A model generated the notes under the pieces. The model saw only the letters and a program-made list of their open reading frames with translations, was not told where the DNA came from and made no database searches. Both the position numbers and the translations under genes were made by a program. DNA of 64,000 nucleotides from an uncultured Candidatus Cloacimonadota bacterium (GTDB taxonomy: Bacteria; Cloacimonadota; Cloacimonadia; Cloacimonadales; CAYQPF01), in NCBI GenBank assembly GCA_964419225.1, contig CAYQPF010000003.1, forward strand, positions 37,523-101,522, given 5' to 3'. Below, one piece after another: positions 8,873-18,132 of the stretch. Each line of letters begins with the position of its first letter. Positions within the stretch are counted from its first letter, which is position 1.

Positions 8873-9874
8873 ATGGGCAGAGTATTAATAATTGCTGAAG
8901 CCGGTGTAAACCACAACGGGGACATCGATATAGCTAAAAAACTGATTGAAAAAGCAGCTTGGGCCAAAGCTGATATTGTCAAATTCCAGACTTTTAATAC
9001 AGATGCAGTACTTTTACGCGACACTAAACAGGCAGAATACCAAAAACAGAATTGTGGTAACCAGACACAATATGAAATGGTAAAAAAATATGAGTTAAGT
9101 CCAGAAGCACATCTAATTTTAATTGACCATGCTCAAAAGTACAATATAGAATTTTTATCAACAGCATTCGACTTTGGCAGTGTTGACTTACTGCACAAAC
9201 TACAGCTGAAGAGATGGAAAATACCCTCAGGAGAAATAACCAATATTCCTTATTTACGAAAGATCGGACAATATAATGAAGAAATAATTCTTTCAACCGG
9301 GATGCCTAATCTCGGAGAAATTGAAAGAGCGATCCTGGAATTAGTTAATGCCGGCACTTCGCGGGAAAAAATTAACCTTTTGCATTGTACTACAGAATAT
9401 CCGGCACCTTTTGCTGAGATAAATTTAAAAGCAATTCAGACATTGCAGACAGCGTTTCAGTTAAATACAGGCTACTCTGACCATACAAAAGGAATTGAAG
9501 CTGCGATAGCAGCAGTTGCCCTCGGAGCCACTATAATTGAGAAGCATTTCACATTGGATAATACAATGGAAGGTCCTGACCACAAAGCTTCACTGGAACC
9601 AAAAGATTTGAAAAAGATGGTTGAAGCCATAAGGAATATAGAACTGGGTTTAGGAAATGGTATCAAAGTATCCGGGAAAACAGAAACGAAAAATATAGCA
9701 TTAGTTCGCAAAATCATAGTAGCAGCTCAGAAAATAGCCAAAAACGAGGTGTATTCACCTGATAACTTAACAGTAAAACGGGGTTCTGCCGGTATAGGTA
9801 GTGAGTATTGGGATCTTGTATGCGGGAAAAAAGCCGGGAAAAATTATGAAATCAATCAATCGGTGGAGATATGA
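8873..9874 (+). CDS. neuB: Nonulosonic acid (legionaminic acid) synthase, NeuB/LegI
   Basis: IIAEAGVNHNG, KIPSGEITN, LHCTTEYP, GYSDHT, IEKHFTLD, GPDHKASLEP. Confidence 0.95.
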   Translation: MGRVLIIAEAGVNHNGDIDIAKKLIEKAAWAKADIVKFQTFNTDAVLLRDTKQAEYQKQNCGNQTQYEMVKKYELSPEAHLILIDHAQKYNIEFLSTAFDFGSVDLLHKLQLKRWKIPSGEITNIPYLRKIGQYNEEIILSTGMPNLGEIERAILELVNAGTSREKINLLHCTTEYPAPFAEINLKAIQTLQTAFQLNTGYSDHTKGIEAAIAAVALGATIIEKHFTLDNTMEGPDHKASLEPKDLKKMVEAIRNIELGLGNGIKVSGKTETKNIALVRKIIVAAQKIAKNEVYSPDNLTVKRGSAGIGSEYWDLVCGKKAGKNYEINQSVEI

Positions 9875-11055
9875 TGCAGAAGAAAATATGTATAGTCACC
9901 GGTTCCAGAGCTGAATACGGGTTATTAAAACCATTAATTGAAGAGTTAAAGAAAAATGATAAATTTCAAATACAACTGTTAGTAACAGGAATGCATCTTT
10001 CACCTGAGTTTGGCCTTACATATAAAGAAATTGAACAGGACGGAAATAAAATAAGTGAAAAAGTGGAAATGTTATTGAGTTCTGACACACCAACAGGAAT
10101 AGCAAAATCAATGGGTTTAGCATTGATTTCACTCTCAGAGGCATATTCCAGATTAAATCCGGATTTGGTTATTTTATTAGGAGACAGATTTGAGATATTT
10201 GCTGCTGCTACTGCTGCGAATATAACACATATTCCTATTGCCCATTTAAATGGAGGAGAACTCACTTTCGGAGTAATAGATGATAATTTCCGACATGCTA
10301 TAACCAAAATGAGCAATCTCCATTTTGCTTCTACAGAGGAGAATCGCAAGAGAGTAATCCAGTTAGGTGAAGAACCTGAAAGGGTTTTTAATGTAGGGGC
10401 AATTGGATTGGATAGTATTAAGATCTTAAAGCTGTTGTCCAGGGAAGAACTTGAGCAGCAGTTAAATTTTAAATTCAATAAGCGGAATTTGTTAGTAACT
10501 TTCCATCCTGTAACTTTGGAGGCCATGACCGTTGAGGATCAATTCAACAACCTACTGGCTGCATTAAAGGAATTAACGCATACAAATATCATTTTAACCA
10601 AGGCTAATGCAGATACGGATGGAAGAATCATCAACAGAATGATAGATGAATTTGCTGCAGAAAATCAAGAAAACTGCAGAGCTTATGCTTCGTTGGGTCA
10701 GTTAAGGTATTTATCGGCTTTACAATTTGTAGATGCGGTGGTTGGAAACTCTTCCTCAGGTATCGTAGAAGCACCATCATTTAAAATTGCCACAATTAAT
10801 ATTGGTGACAGACAAAAAGGAAGAGAGCAAGCAGGTAATGCAATTAATTGCGGTACAGAGAAAGATGAAATTTGTAAAGCATTGAAAGAAATATATAGTC
10901 CGGAATTTAGAAAGAAAATTGAGAATGCAGTTAATCCTTACGGGATGGGTAACACATCGGTGAAAATTGCAGCATTACTAAATGAAATACTTGATAACCA
11001 AATTGACTTGAAGAAAAAATTTTTTGATATAGAATGGAGTAATTATGTTAGCTAA
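9871..11055 (+). CDS. neuC: Hydrolysing nucleotide-sugar 2-epimerase, NeuC/LegG
   Basis: TGSRAEYGLL, GMHLSPEFG, LGDRFE, RHAITKMS, GNSSSGIVEAP, NIGDRQKGR. Confidence 0.95.
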   Translation: MMQKKICIVTGSRAEYGLLKPLIEELKKNDKFQIQLLVTGMHLSPEFGLTYKEIEQDGNKISEKVEMLLSSDTPTGIAKSMGLALISLSEAYSRLNPDLVILLGDRFEIFAAATAANITHIPIAHLNGGELTFGVIDDNFRHAITKMSNLHFASTEENRKRVIQLGEEPERVFNVGAIGLDSIKILKLLSREELEQQLNFKFNKRNLLVTFHPVTLEAMTVEDQFNNLLAALKELTHTNIILTKANADTDGRIINRMIDEFAAENQENCRAYASLGQLRYLSALQFVDAVVGNSSSGIVEAPSFKIATINIGDRQKGREQAGNAINCGTEKDEICKALKEIYSPEFRKKIENAVNPYGMGNTSVKIAALLNEILDNQIDLKKKFFDIEWSNYVS

Positions 11056-12115
11056 AGATTTTTTAATAACCCCGGATTACTCAATTAAAGCGACTTTAAA
11101 AAAGCTTGATGAAACAGGTTTAAGAACACTTTTTGTAGTAACAGAAACCAATGAATTACTAGGATCGGTAACTGATGGTGATATCCGAAGATACATATTA
11201 AGAGGTGAGAGTCTTGATGGTGACATAAAAAAAGTTTATAATTCGAATCCTTATGCAGTTAATCAGAATAATTATGATCTTGCAGTAATTGAGAAATTAT
11301 TTAATATTGAAATGATAGAACTTTTACCTGTAATCGACAATAATAAAATAGTAAAGGAAGTTATAACCTGGCCGGAAATATTTTCGAAAGCAAAAGACCA
11401 GACGATCTTAACTCCATTAGATATACCCGTAATTATAATGGCTGGCGGGAAAGGTTCCAGAATGGATCCATTTACAAGAATTCTGCCCAAACCTTTAATT
11501 CCCATTGGTGATAAAACCATAGCCGAGGTAATTATTGATGAATTCAGGAAATATGGAGTAACAAACTACTATATGACTCTGAATTATAAGGGAGAGATGA
11601 TCGAGGCTTATTTTAACAGTATTGAAAAGGATTTCAAGATCAGTTATTGCCGTGAGAAGGAATTCTATGGGACTGCCGGCAGTTTGAAATTATTGGAAGG
11701 GTTTATTGCAGATACTTTTATTGTTTCAAATTGTGATATAGTAGTAAAAGCTGACTATCATGACGCAGTTAATTTTCATTATAGTAATAATGCTGATTTC
11801 ACGATTATTTCCTCAATCCAGAATCACAAGATACCCTATGGAGTGATCAGTTTTATCGAGGGTGGAGAAGTAACACAGATATTAGAAAAGCCAGAATACA
11901 CTTTTACTATCAATACAGGAGTATATATTTTGAATAAAGAATGTTTAAAATATATTCCTGAAAACACAGTTTTTGATATGCCGACATTGATAGACATGCT
12001 ATTAAAAGAGAAAAAGAAAGTATTGACCTATCCGGTAAATGAAAATGATTACATAGATATTGGTCAATGGGAAGAGTACAAAAAAGCAACTGAGAAGTTG
12101 AAGATCATGATTTAG
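11045..12115 (+). CDS. CBS-domain nucleotidyltransferase (PtmE/LegX-like)
   Basis: N-terminal CBS pair (GSVTDGDIRR), then MAGGKGSRM...PKPLIPIG, GTAGSL, IDIGQ. Confidence 0.88.
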   Translation: MLAKDFLITPDYSIKATLKKLDETGLRTLFVVTETNELLGSVTDGDIRRYILRGESLDGDIKKVYNSNPYAVNQNNYDLAVIEKLFNIEMIELLPVIDNNKIVKEVITWPEIFSKAKDQTILTPLDIPVIIMAGGKGSRMDPFTRILPKPLIPIGDKTIAEVIIDEFRKYGVTNYYMTLNYKGEMIEAYFNSIEKDFKISYCREKEFYGTAGSLKLLEGFIADTFIVSNCDIVVKADYHDAVNFHYSNNADFTIISSIQNHKIPYGVISFIEGGEVTQILEKPEYTFTINTGVYILNKECLKYIPENTVFDMPTLIDMLLKEKKKVLTYPVNENDYIDIGQWEEYKKATEKLKIMI

Positions 12116-12125
12116 GCAGATAACG

Positions 12126-12833
12126 ATGTATAAAGGCAGGAAGTTTTTAGCAATAATCACAGCCCGTGGTGGTTCTAAGGGATTAAAAGATAAGAATATC
12201 AAATCACTGAATGGAAAGCCTTTGATAGCATACACAATAGAAGCCGCAACAGAAAGCAACATCTTTGATAAAGTAATTGTATCAACAGACTCAGAACAAA
12301 TTGCCGATGTTTCAAGAGAGTATGGTGCCGAAATACCCTTTATAAGACCAAAGGAATTAGCAACTGATGAGGCTAAAAGTGCTGATGTTGTTTTACATGC
12401 ATTGGATTATTATAAAAAGCAAAACGAGAATTATGATTATTTTATTCTGTTACAGCCTACTTCTCCTTTAAGAACAGGAGAAGATTTAAGCAATGCAGCA
12501 GATTTGATTCTGGAAAAGGGTGGGAATTCGGTTGTTGGGGTCTGCGAAGTTGAACACTCTCCTCTCTGGACAAATGAACTACCCCGGAGTTTATCTTTAG
12601 AAGGATTTTTACATAAAGAGATAATAAACACCAGACGGCAGGACTTGCCTGTGTATTATCGAATCAATGGTGCTTTGTATATTTGTAAGCCAGAAATATT
12701 TTGGGCAAGCAGAGATTTTTTTGGTGATAAGAGTTATGCTTACATAATGACTAAAGAAGCCTCTGTGGATATAGATGATGAGACAGATTTTTTATTTGCT
12801 GAGTTATTACTTAAACAAAGAAAGAATGGATAA
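12126..12833 (+). CDS. neuA: CMP-nonulosonic acid synthetase, NeuA/LegF
   Basis: ARGGSKGLKDKNI, VSTDS, LLQPTSPLR, RRQDLP, NGALY, VDIDDETDF. Confidence 0.93.
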   Translation: MYKGRKFLAIITARGGSKGLKDKNIKSLNGKPLIAYTIEAATESNIFDKVIVSTDSEQIADVSREYGAEIPFIRPKELATDEAKSADVVLHALDYYKKQNENYDYFILLQPTSPLRTGEDLSNAADLILEKGGNSVVGVCEVEHSPLWTNELPRSLSLEGFLHKEIINTRRQDLPVYYRINGALYICKPEIFWASRDFFGDKSYAYIMTKEASVDIDDETDFLFAELLLKQRKNG

Positions 12834-12920
12834 GCTTCCGTTTATTGCAGATAGAGAAAATGCTCAAGTGTCAGTTGATGAACATTAAGATGAACAGATA
12901 TTTTCAAAACAGTTTAAATA

Positions 12921-12947
12921 ATGGACCATATGGACAATATGGACAAT
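12921..12947. repeat. 9-mer tandem repeat (ATGGAC[A/C]AT)x3
   Basis: atggaccat atggacaat atggacaat in the neuA-amidotransferase spacer. Confidence 0.75.
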
Positions 12948-12994
12948 ATAAAAGCTGAAAATGTATGGGAGGACGTATTTCAGAAGGAGGAAAG

Positions 12995-14086
12995 ATGAAA
13001 TATTGTACTAAATGTGTAATGCCGGAAACGAGACCCGGGATTACCTTCAACGAAGCTGGAGTATGTTCAGCTTGCATCTCTTTTGAGAACAGAAAGAAAG
13101 TTAACTACGAAAAAAGGTTTGAAGAGCTGAAAGCATTAGCAAAGAAGCACAAGAAGAATGATGGCAGTTATGATTGTATGATTGCCGTAAGTGGTGGTAA
13201 GGACAGTCATTTTCAAGTTCATGTAATGAAAGAAGTTTTGGGATTAAATCCTTTACTGGTGACAGTGGAAGATAATTTCCCTTTGACAGATGCTGGTTCA
13301 CACAACTTAAAAAACATTTCTGAGGAATTTGGCTGTGATTTGATCAGTATGAAACCCAATATGAAAGTTCAGAAAATAATCATGAAATATACTTTTGAAA
13401 AATATGGAAAGCCAACTTATTTTGTGGATCGCTATATATATACTTATCCTCTGCAAATGGCAGCAAAGTTCAATATTCCTTTGTTAGTTTACGGGGAAAA
13501 TATCAGTTATGAATATGGCGGAAATAACCAGGTTGAAACATATTCAGCAAAAGATCAAATCAATAACGGAGTAGCTTCAGGAATTGAGGTTGAGGAATTA
13601 CTGGCACTTGAAGGTGTGAGCAAGGCTGATTTAAACTTTTTTGAGGCTCCAACCAGCAAAGAACTTGATGCATTGGAACCGATATATTTAAGTTATTTTG
13701 TAGAATGGAACAGTTATAATAACTATCTTTTTGCAAAATCCAGAGGCTTTCATGATTTGACACATGAGTGGGTTAGAACGCATCATATAGAGAATTTTGA
13801 TCAGGTTGACAGCAGAGCATATCTGGTTCATCCTTGGATGAAATATCCCAAGTTTGGCCATGCTACAGCGACAGATTATGCTGCAAGATTTGTTAGATAT
13901 GGAAAGCTTTCCCGCGAAGAGGCTGTGGAATTAGTCAAAAAGCATGATCATAACCTTGACGACTTATGTGTAAGGGATTTCTGTCAGTTCTTAGGCTATT
14001 CTGAGAGCGAGTTTTGGAGAATAATTGAGACCCATTATAATCCCAACTTATTCAAGAAGGAAAATGGGCATTGGGTATTGAAATAA
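12995..14086 (+). CDS. N-acetyl sugar amidotransferase (PseA/PtmG/WbpG family, acetamidino formation)
   Basis: CTKCVMPETRPGITF...CSAC, PP-loop SGGKDS, YGEN, KYPKFG. AGGAGG RBS. Confidence 0.9.
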   Translation: MKYCTKCVMPETRPGITFNEAGVCSACISFENRKKVNYEKRFEELKALAKKHKKNDGSYDCMIAVSGGKDSHFQVHVMKEVLGLNPLLVTVEDNFPLTDAGSHNLKNISEEFGCDLISMKPNMKVQKIIMKYTFEKYGKPTYFVDRYIYTYPLQMAAKFNIPLLVYGENISYEYGGNNQVETYSAKDQINNGVASGIEVEELLALEGVSKADLNFFEAPTSKELDALEPIYLSYFVEWNSYNNYLFAKSRGFHDLTHEWVRTHHIENFDQVDSRAYLVHPWMKYPKFGHATATDYAARFVRYGKLSREEAVELVKKHDHNLDDLCVRDFCQFLGYSESEFWRIIETHYNPNLFKKENGHWVLK

Positions 14087-14103
14087 CTGTTAATGTATTG
14101 TAT

Positions 14104-14140
14104 GCAGACCAGTCTGACAAGACAGACTGGTTTGCTTATT
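14104..14140 (+). terminator. Strong intra-operon hairpin (terminator or RNA-processing stem)
   Basis: GCAGACCAGTCTG-acaaga-CAGACTGGTTTGC, 13-bp stem with one G:U pair and a weak T tail. Confidence 0.55.
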
Positions 14141-14172
14141 GATACATTTAAATAATTGTTAAGGAACAGATT

Positions 14173-16371
14173 ATGAATTTCATGGAATGTACAGAACACT
14201 TTATTAATTTTTTAAATACCGTTGATGCGAAATCTGTTTTACAAGTAAATACTTCTGAAAAAGAAGTAGGTTTTGTCGTATCACCCTGGTTATCTACATC
14301 AGTTCCCTGGTTTACATTAACACTTCTTCTTCTTTACAGGACAAGAGGATTTAAGTGTACCATTATTTGGGATGATCTTTTTTTTGAGAACGAAGCGGTA
14401 ACAAAAGAAGAAAATGGATATATCGAAGTAGTTCTGGGTTATTTTAAACATTTCACAAACATAATCAAAGTTAGCGATCTAGAGAACATTCAGTTAAGTT
14501 TAAGAGAAATAGAAGAGGTAGATAAACTGGCGATAGTCAATGCTATCTGGACAAAGCGTACATCAGTTTTTATTGAGAGAGAACAGGTTTTAATTCAGAG
14601 GTATAGAGAAAAGCTGGGGAGTAATCTTAAGAAGATAAAGGCAGTATTTACTCAAAACAAATTCGATCATATAGTATGCCCTGGTGGGGTATATGGGAAT
14701 AGTGGATTATTTTTGTTGAAAGGCAAAGCAGAATCAATCAGGATTGCCACGTACGATTGCGGAGATGGAGCACTATTTTTAGGTTCAGATGATGCTGCTT
14801 CTTATTTTAAAGATACAGTAAGAGCACTTCAATCATTACACAATAATTCCAGTGGTATTGATCAGCAGTTTTTGGATTTCATAATAAAAGAAGCCAAGGA
14901 AGAGTTTAATCTTCGTTTGGGAGGACTAGACAAATACAAATACCAGGCAGTTGGAACCGATGCATCTCTTGAAACAGAAGACTTTGAGGTGTTGATTCCT
15001 CTGAGCATAGATTGGGATGCCCCGGCACTTGACAGAAACAAATTTTTTGGGAGTCCTTCACAATTAGTTAGTGAAACGGTACATCACATATTAAACAACA
15101 GTAAGGTAAAAGTAGTTATCAGACAGCATCCTTACAACCGCTTTATTGACGGCAGAGATAGTTGGGAAGATTTTATTAAGACCACGTTTGTTGGACATGA
15201 AAAGAGAGTAATTTTCGTAAAAGCAGATGCGAAGATAAATACTTATGAATTATTAAAAAAATGCAAATTGGTCTTGCCTTATGTTTCCACTATCGGGATA
15301 GAGGCAATATTTTTTGGCAAACCAGTCATAATTGAGAGTAATGTCCATTATTCAAGTTTAAATGCAATTGTATCCGGCAAATCGAAAGAAGATTATTTTG
15401 CTAAGATAATAGAAGAATTACAAAGAGATAATCATACCATACAAGATAAGGACATAGATGAAGCTTATTTATATTATTATTTGTTTCAAATAGCTTCATT
15501 TGTTAATTCGAGCTTTACCCCTCAACCTCAGGATTATGAAGTATGGGTTAAGAGAACTCTCAAAGAGCTTACAGAGGATGAGCATTTACAAGTCATAATG
15601 GAGTCATTAATCACAACGAAGCCTGTAGCTTTGATAAATGTTGAAAAGCTATACAAAGAAAAGAAGGTAAAGGAACCTGTTGAAAACGTGCAGTTGGAAG
15701 CTAGTGCAAAAAAGGGAGACTTATCTGATTTTGTTGATGTTTCCTTTGGTAAAAGCGTTCAACTCATAGGGATGAGAAATATCGAAATTGGTAAGGGAAC
15801 TGTGATTGGTGATGACACCTGGTTGAATATCTGTCAAAGAGATGACAAAATCAGAATGAAAATTGGCAAATGTACTCTTATAGGCAGAAGGTCAATGGTT
15901 TCAACAGGTGGCTATTTGGAGATTGGTGATTATTGTGTTTTTGCACCTAATGTCTATGTTTCCGATGCAGATCATGTTTATCAGGACATAACCTTGCCTA
16001 TAATGCAGCAGGGAGCGACTTTAAACCGAAGTGTGATTGTTGAAGATAATTGTTGGCTGGGTATAAATGTAGTGGTTTCTGGGAATGTCATTGTTGGCAG
16101 AGGTAGTGTGATCGCTGCGAACAGTGTGGTTTTAAAGGATGTTCCACCATTTAGTGTAGTTGCCGGGAATCCGGCAAAAGTAATTAAAATGTATAATTCC
16201 CAGACAAAAGTATGGGATAAAGTTAAATCTGAAGATGTTTTATTACATCTTCTCAGAATCAGAACTACTTACATGATTCCATCGAAGGAAGAATATAGTC
16301 AGATACTTGCAAAAAATGCCAAGTTGGGAAGAATCGATCCCATAGTTGGTGGTAATGGAATTTGCATTTAG
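14173..16371 (+). CDS. KpsS/KpsC-like (capsule synthesis) GT-B domain fused to a C-terminal hexapeptide O-acyltransferase
   Basis: VVIRQHPY and STIGIEAIFFGKPVI motifs. C-terminal LbH with DADH, VIAANSVV, VAGNPAKVIK. Confidence 0.7.
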   Translation: MNFMECTEHFINFLNTVDAKSVLQVNTSEKEVGFVVSPWLSTSVPWFTLTLLLLYRTRGFKCTIIWDDLFFENEAVTKEENGYIEVVLGYFKHFTNIIKVSDLENIQLSLREIEEVDKLAIVNAIWTKRTSVFIEREQVLIQRYREKLGSNLKKIKAVFTQNKFDHIVCPGGVYGNSGLFLLKGKAESIRIATYDCGDGALFLGSDDAASYFKDTVRALQSLHNNSSGIDQQFLDFIIKEAKEEFNLRLGGLDKYKYQAVGTDASLETEDFEVLIPLSIDWDAPALDRNKFFGSPSQLVSETVHHILNNSKVKVVIRQHPYNRFIDGRDSWEDFIKTTFVGHEKRVIFVKADAKINTYELLKKCKLVLPYVSTIGIEAIFFGKPVIIESNVHYSSLNAIVSGKSKEDYFAKIIEELQRDNHTIQDKDIDEAYLYYYLFQIASFVNSSFTPQPQDYEVWVKRTLKELTEDEHLQVIMESLITTKPVALINVEKLYKEKKVKEPVENVQLEASAKKGDLSDFVDVSFGKSVQLIGMRNIEIGKGTVIGDDTWLNICQRDDKIRMKIGKCTLIGRRSMVSTGGYLEIGDYCVFAPNVYVSDADHVYQDITLPIMQQGATLNRSVIVEDNCWLGINVVVSGNVIVGRGSVIAANSVVLKDVPPFSVVAGNPAKVIKMYNSQTKVWDKVKSEDVLLHLLRIRTTYMIPSKEEYSQILAKNAKLGRIDPIVGGNGICI

Positions 16372-16410
16372 ACAAATAACCAGCAGAAAAAATACAATAA
16401 AGGGGATAAC

Positions 16411-17169
16411 ATGAATACTAAGCAATATCAGTCATACAACACTTATGTTGAAGTCAACAACCAATGGTATGATCCAATTATAGCCGGAGCTGACACCTTA
16501 AAACACTTTCTATTTAACAGAACTGTCTATGATGGCGTTAACAGTGTACTGACCAGATTGGAAATGGATGATTATTCTAAATTTTTAAGCAGATTTTTAA
16601 GTAAAGGTATAGAGAGTTTTGGAAGTCATTGGAGATATGCGGACATTTGTACAGTTCTATACACTTTAAGTAAGAAGTTAGAAATTCGCAGTTATTTGGA
16701 AATTGGAGTCAGACGTGGTAGAAGTATGGGAATGGTAGTGGCAAATAATCCGAATGTCAGCATTGTTGGTTTTGACATGTGGCAACAGGATTATGCAGGC
16801 ATGAAGAATCCTGGACCTGAATATGTGGAAGCAGAAATGAGAAAGCTTGGTCTGCAGGTTCCGGTGGAATTTGTTTCCGGGAATTCACATGTTACTCTGA
16901 AGGAATTTTTCAGAAAGAATCCTGACAGATTTTTCGATCTGATCACAGTAGATGGTGATCATAGTTTTGATGGTGCAGTTGAAGATATTATGGATGTTTT
17001 ACCGCATTTGAGTATAGGTGGAGTTATTGTATTTGATGATATAGCTCATCCACAGCACAAATATTTAGCAGAGGTATGGGCACAGTGTGTGGGCAGTAAC
17101 GATGCATACTCATCATATAGTTTTACAGACATTGGATATGGTGTATCTTTTGCTGTAAAAAAAAGATAG
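16411..17169 (+). CDS. Class I SAM-dependent methyltransferase (Methyltransf_24-like)
   Basis: YLEIGVRRGRS, DLITVDGDHS, GGVIVFDD. Confidence 0.88.
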   Translation: MNTKQYQSYNTYVEVNNQWYDPIIAGADTLKHFLFNRTVYDGVNSVLTRLEMDDYSKFLSRFLSKGIESFGSHWRYADICTVLYTLSKKLEIRSYLEIGVRRGRSMGMVVANNPNVSIVGFDMWQQDYAGMKNPGPEYVEAEMRKLGLQVPVEFVSGNSHVTLKEFFRKNPDRFFDLITVDGDHSFDGAVEDIMDVLPHLSIGGVIVFDDIAHPQHKYLAEVWAQCVGSNDAYSSYSFTDIGYGVSFAVKKR

Positions 17170-17196
17170 TTACATTAGGATAAATGGGAGAAACGG

Positions 17197-18105
17197 ATGA
17201 CGACTCAGAAAGTGCTGATTACAGGTGTGAACGGTTTTATTGGCAGTAATATTGCCATGGTGTTGAAAAGTAGTTTTAAGATCATTGGTTTGGATACAGG
17301 TTCAACAGATTTATCGGGATCGGTTGATTTTTATTTCCAAATGGTATTGCCAAGTTCAGATCTGGAAGGATTAATCAAAACTTTTGAACCGGATTATTGT
17401 GTGCATTGTGCCGGTTCAGCTTCTGTAGGAAATTCGATGACTTCTCCAGGCATGGATTTTAATGCCGGACCAACAGCGGTATTTAACTTGTTGGATTCCA
17501 TCAGAAAAGCAGAAACAAAATGCAAAGTTATTTTCTTATCCAGTGCAGCGGTGTATGGTAATCCGCAGATTTTACCTGTTAGTGAAACACATGCGTTAAA
17601 GCCTATCTCCCCATATGGTTATCATAAAATGATCAGTGAAAAAATACTGGAAGAATTTGCAGAGATATATGGTATTAATTCTATCGTTCTAAGAGTATTT
17701 TCCTGTTATGGAAATGGACTTAAGAAGCAATTACTTTGGGACATGGCCAATAAAATAGTCAACAATAAGACCCTTGAACTTGACGGATCAGGGAATGAGA
17801 CCAGAGATTTTATTCATGTGTCTGACCTGGCAGAGCTGATTAAGCTGATGATCAACTTAAAAATTGAAAAAGGTATTTATAATGTGGCTGGCGGTAAAGA
17901 AATTTCCATAAATGAAGTAGCAAGTTTGATGATAAAGCACCTAAAGAAGCAAGACTTAGAAATTAATTTCTCTGGGAATAATAGAATTGGCGATCCCTTA
18001 AACTGGGTTGCAGATGTGAAAAACATAAAGAATCTTGGATTTAATCCTTCTATAGAGATTGAATGTGGGATTAAAAACTATTGTGAATGGTATAATAATT
18101 TATAA
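17197..18105 (+). CDS. NAD-dependent epimerase/dehydratase
   Basis: TGVNGFIG, SSAAVYG, PISPYGYHK (YxxxK), ETRDFIHV. Confidence 0.9.
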   Translation: MTTQKVLITGVNGFIGSNIAMVLKSSFKIIGLDTGSTDLSGSVDFYFQMVLPSSDLEGLIKTFEPDYCVHCAGSASVGNSMTSPGMDFNAGPTAVFNLLDSIRKAETKCKVIFLSSAAVYGNPQILPVSETHALKPISPYGYHKMISEKILEEFAEIYGINSIVLRVFSCYGNGLKKQLLWDMANKIVNNKTLELDGSGNETRDFIHVSDLAELIKLMINLKIEKGIYNVAGGKEISINEVASLMIKHLKKQDLEINFSGNNRIGDPLNWVADVKNIKNLGFNPSIEIECGIKNYCEWYNNL

Positions 18106-18132
18106 AGTTTCATTTGTGGAAGGGGACAGACT

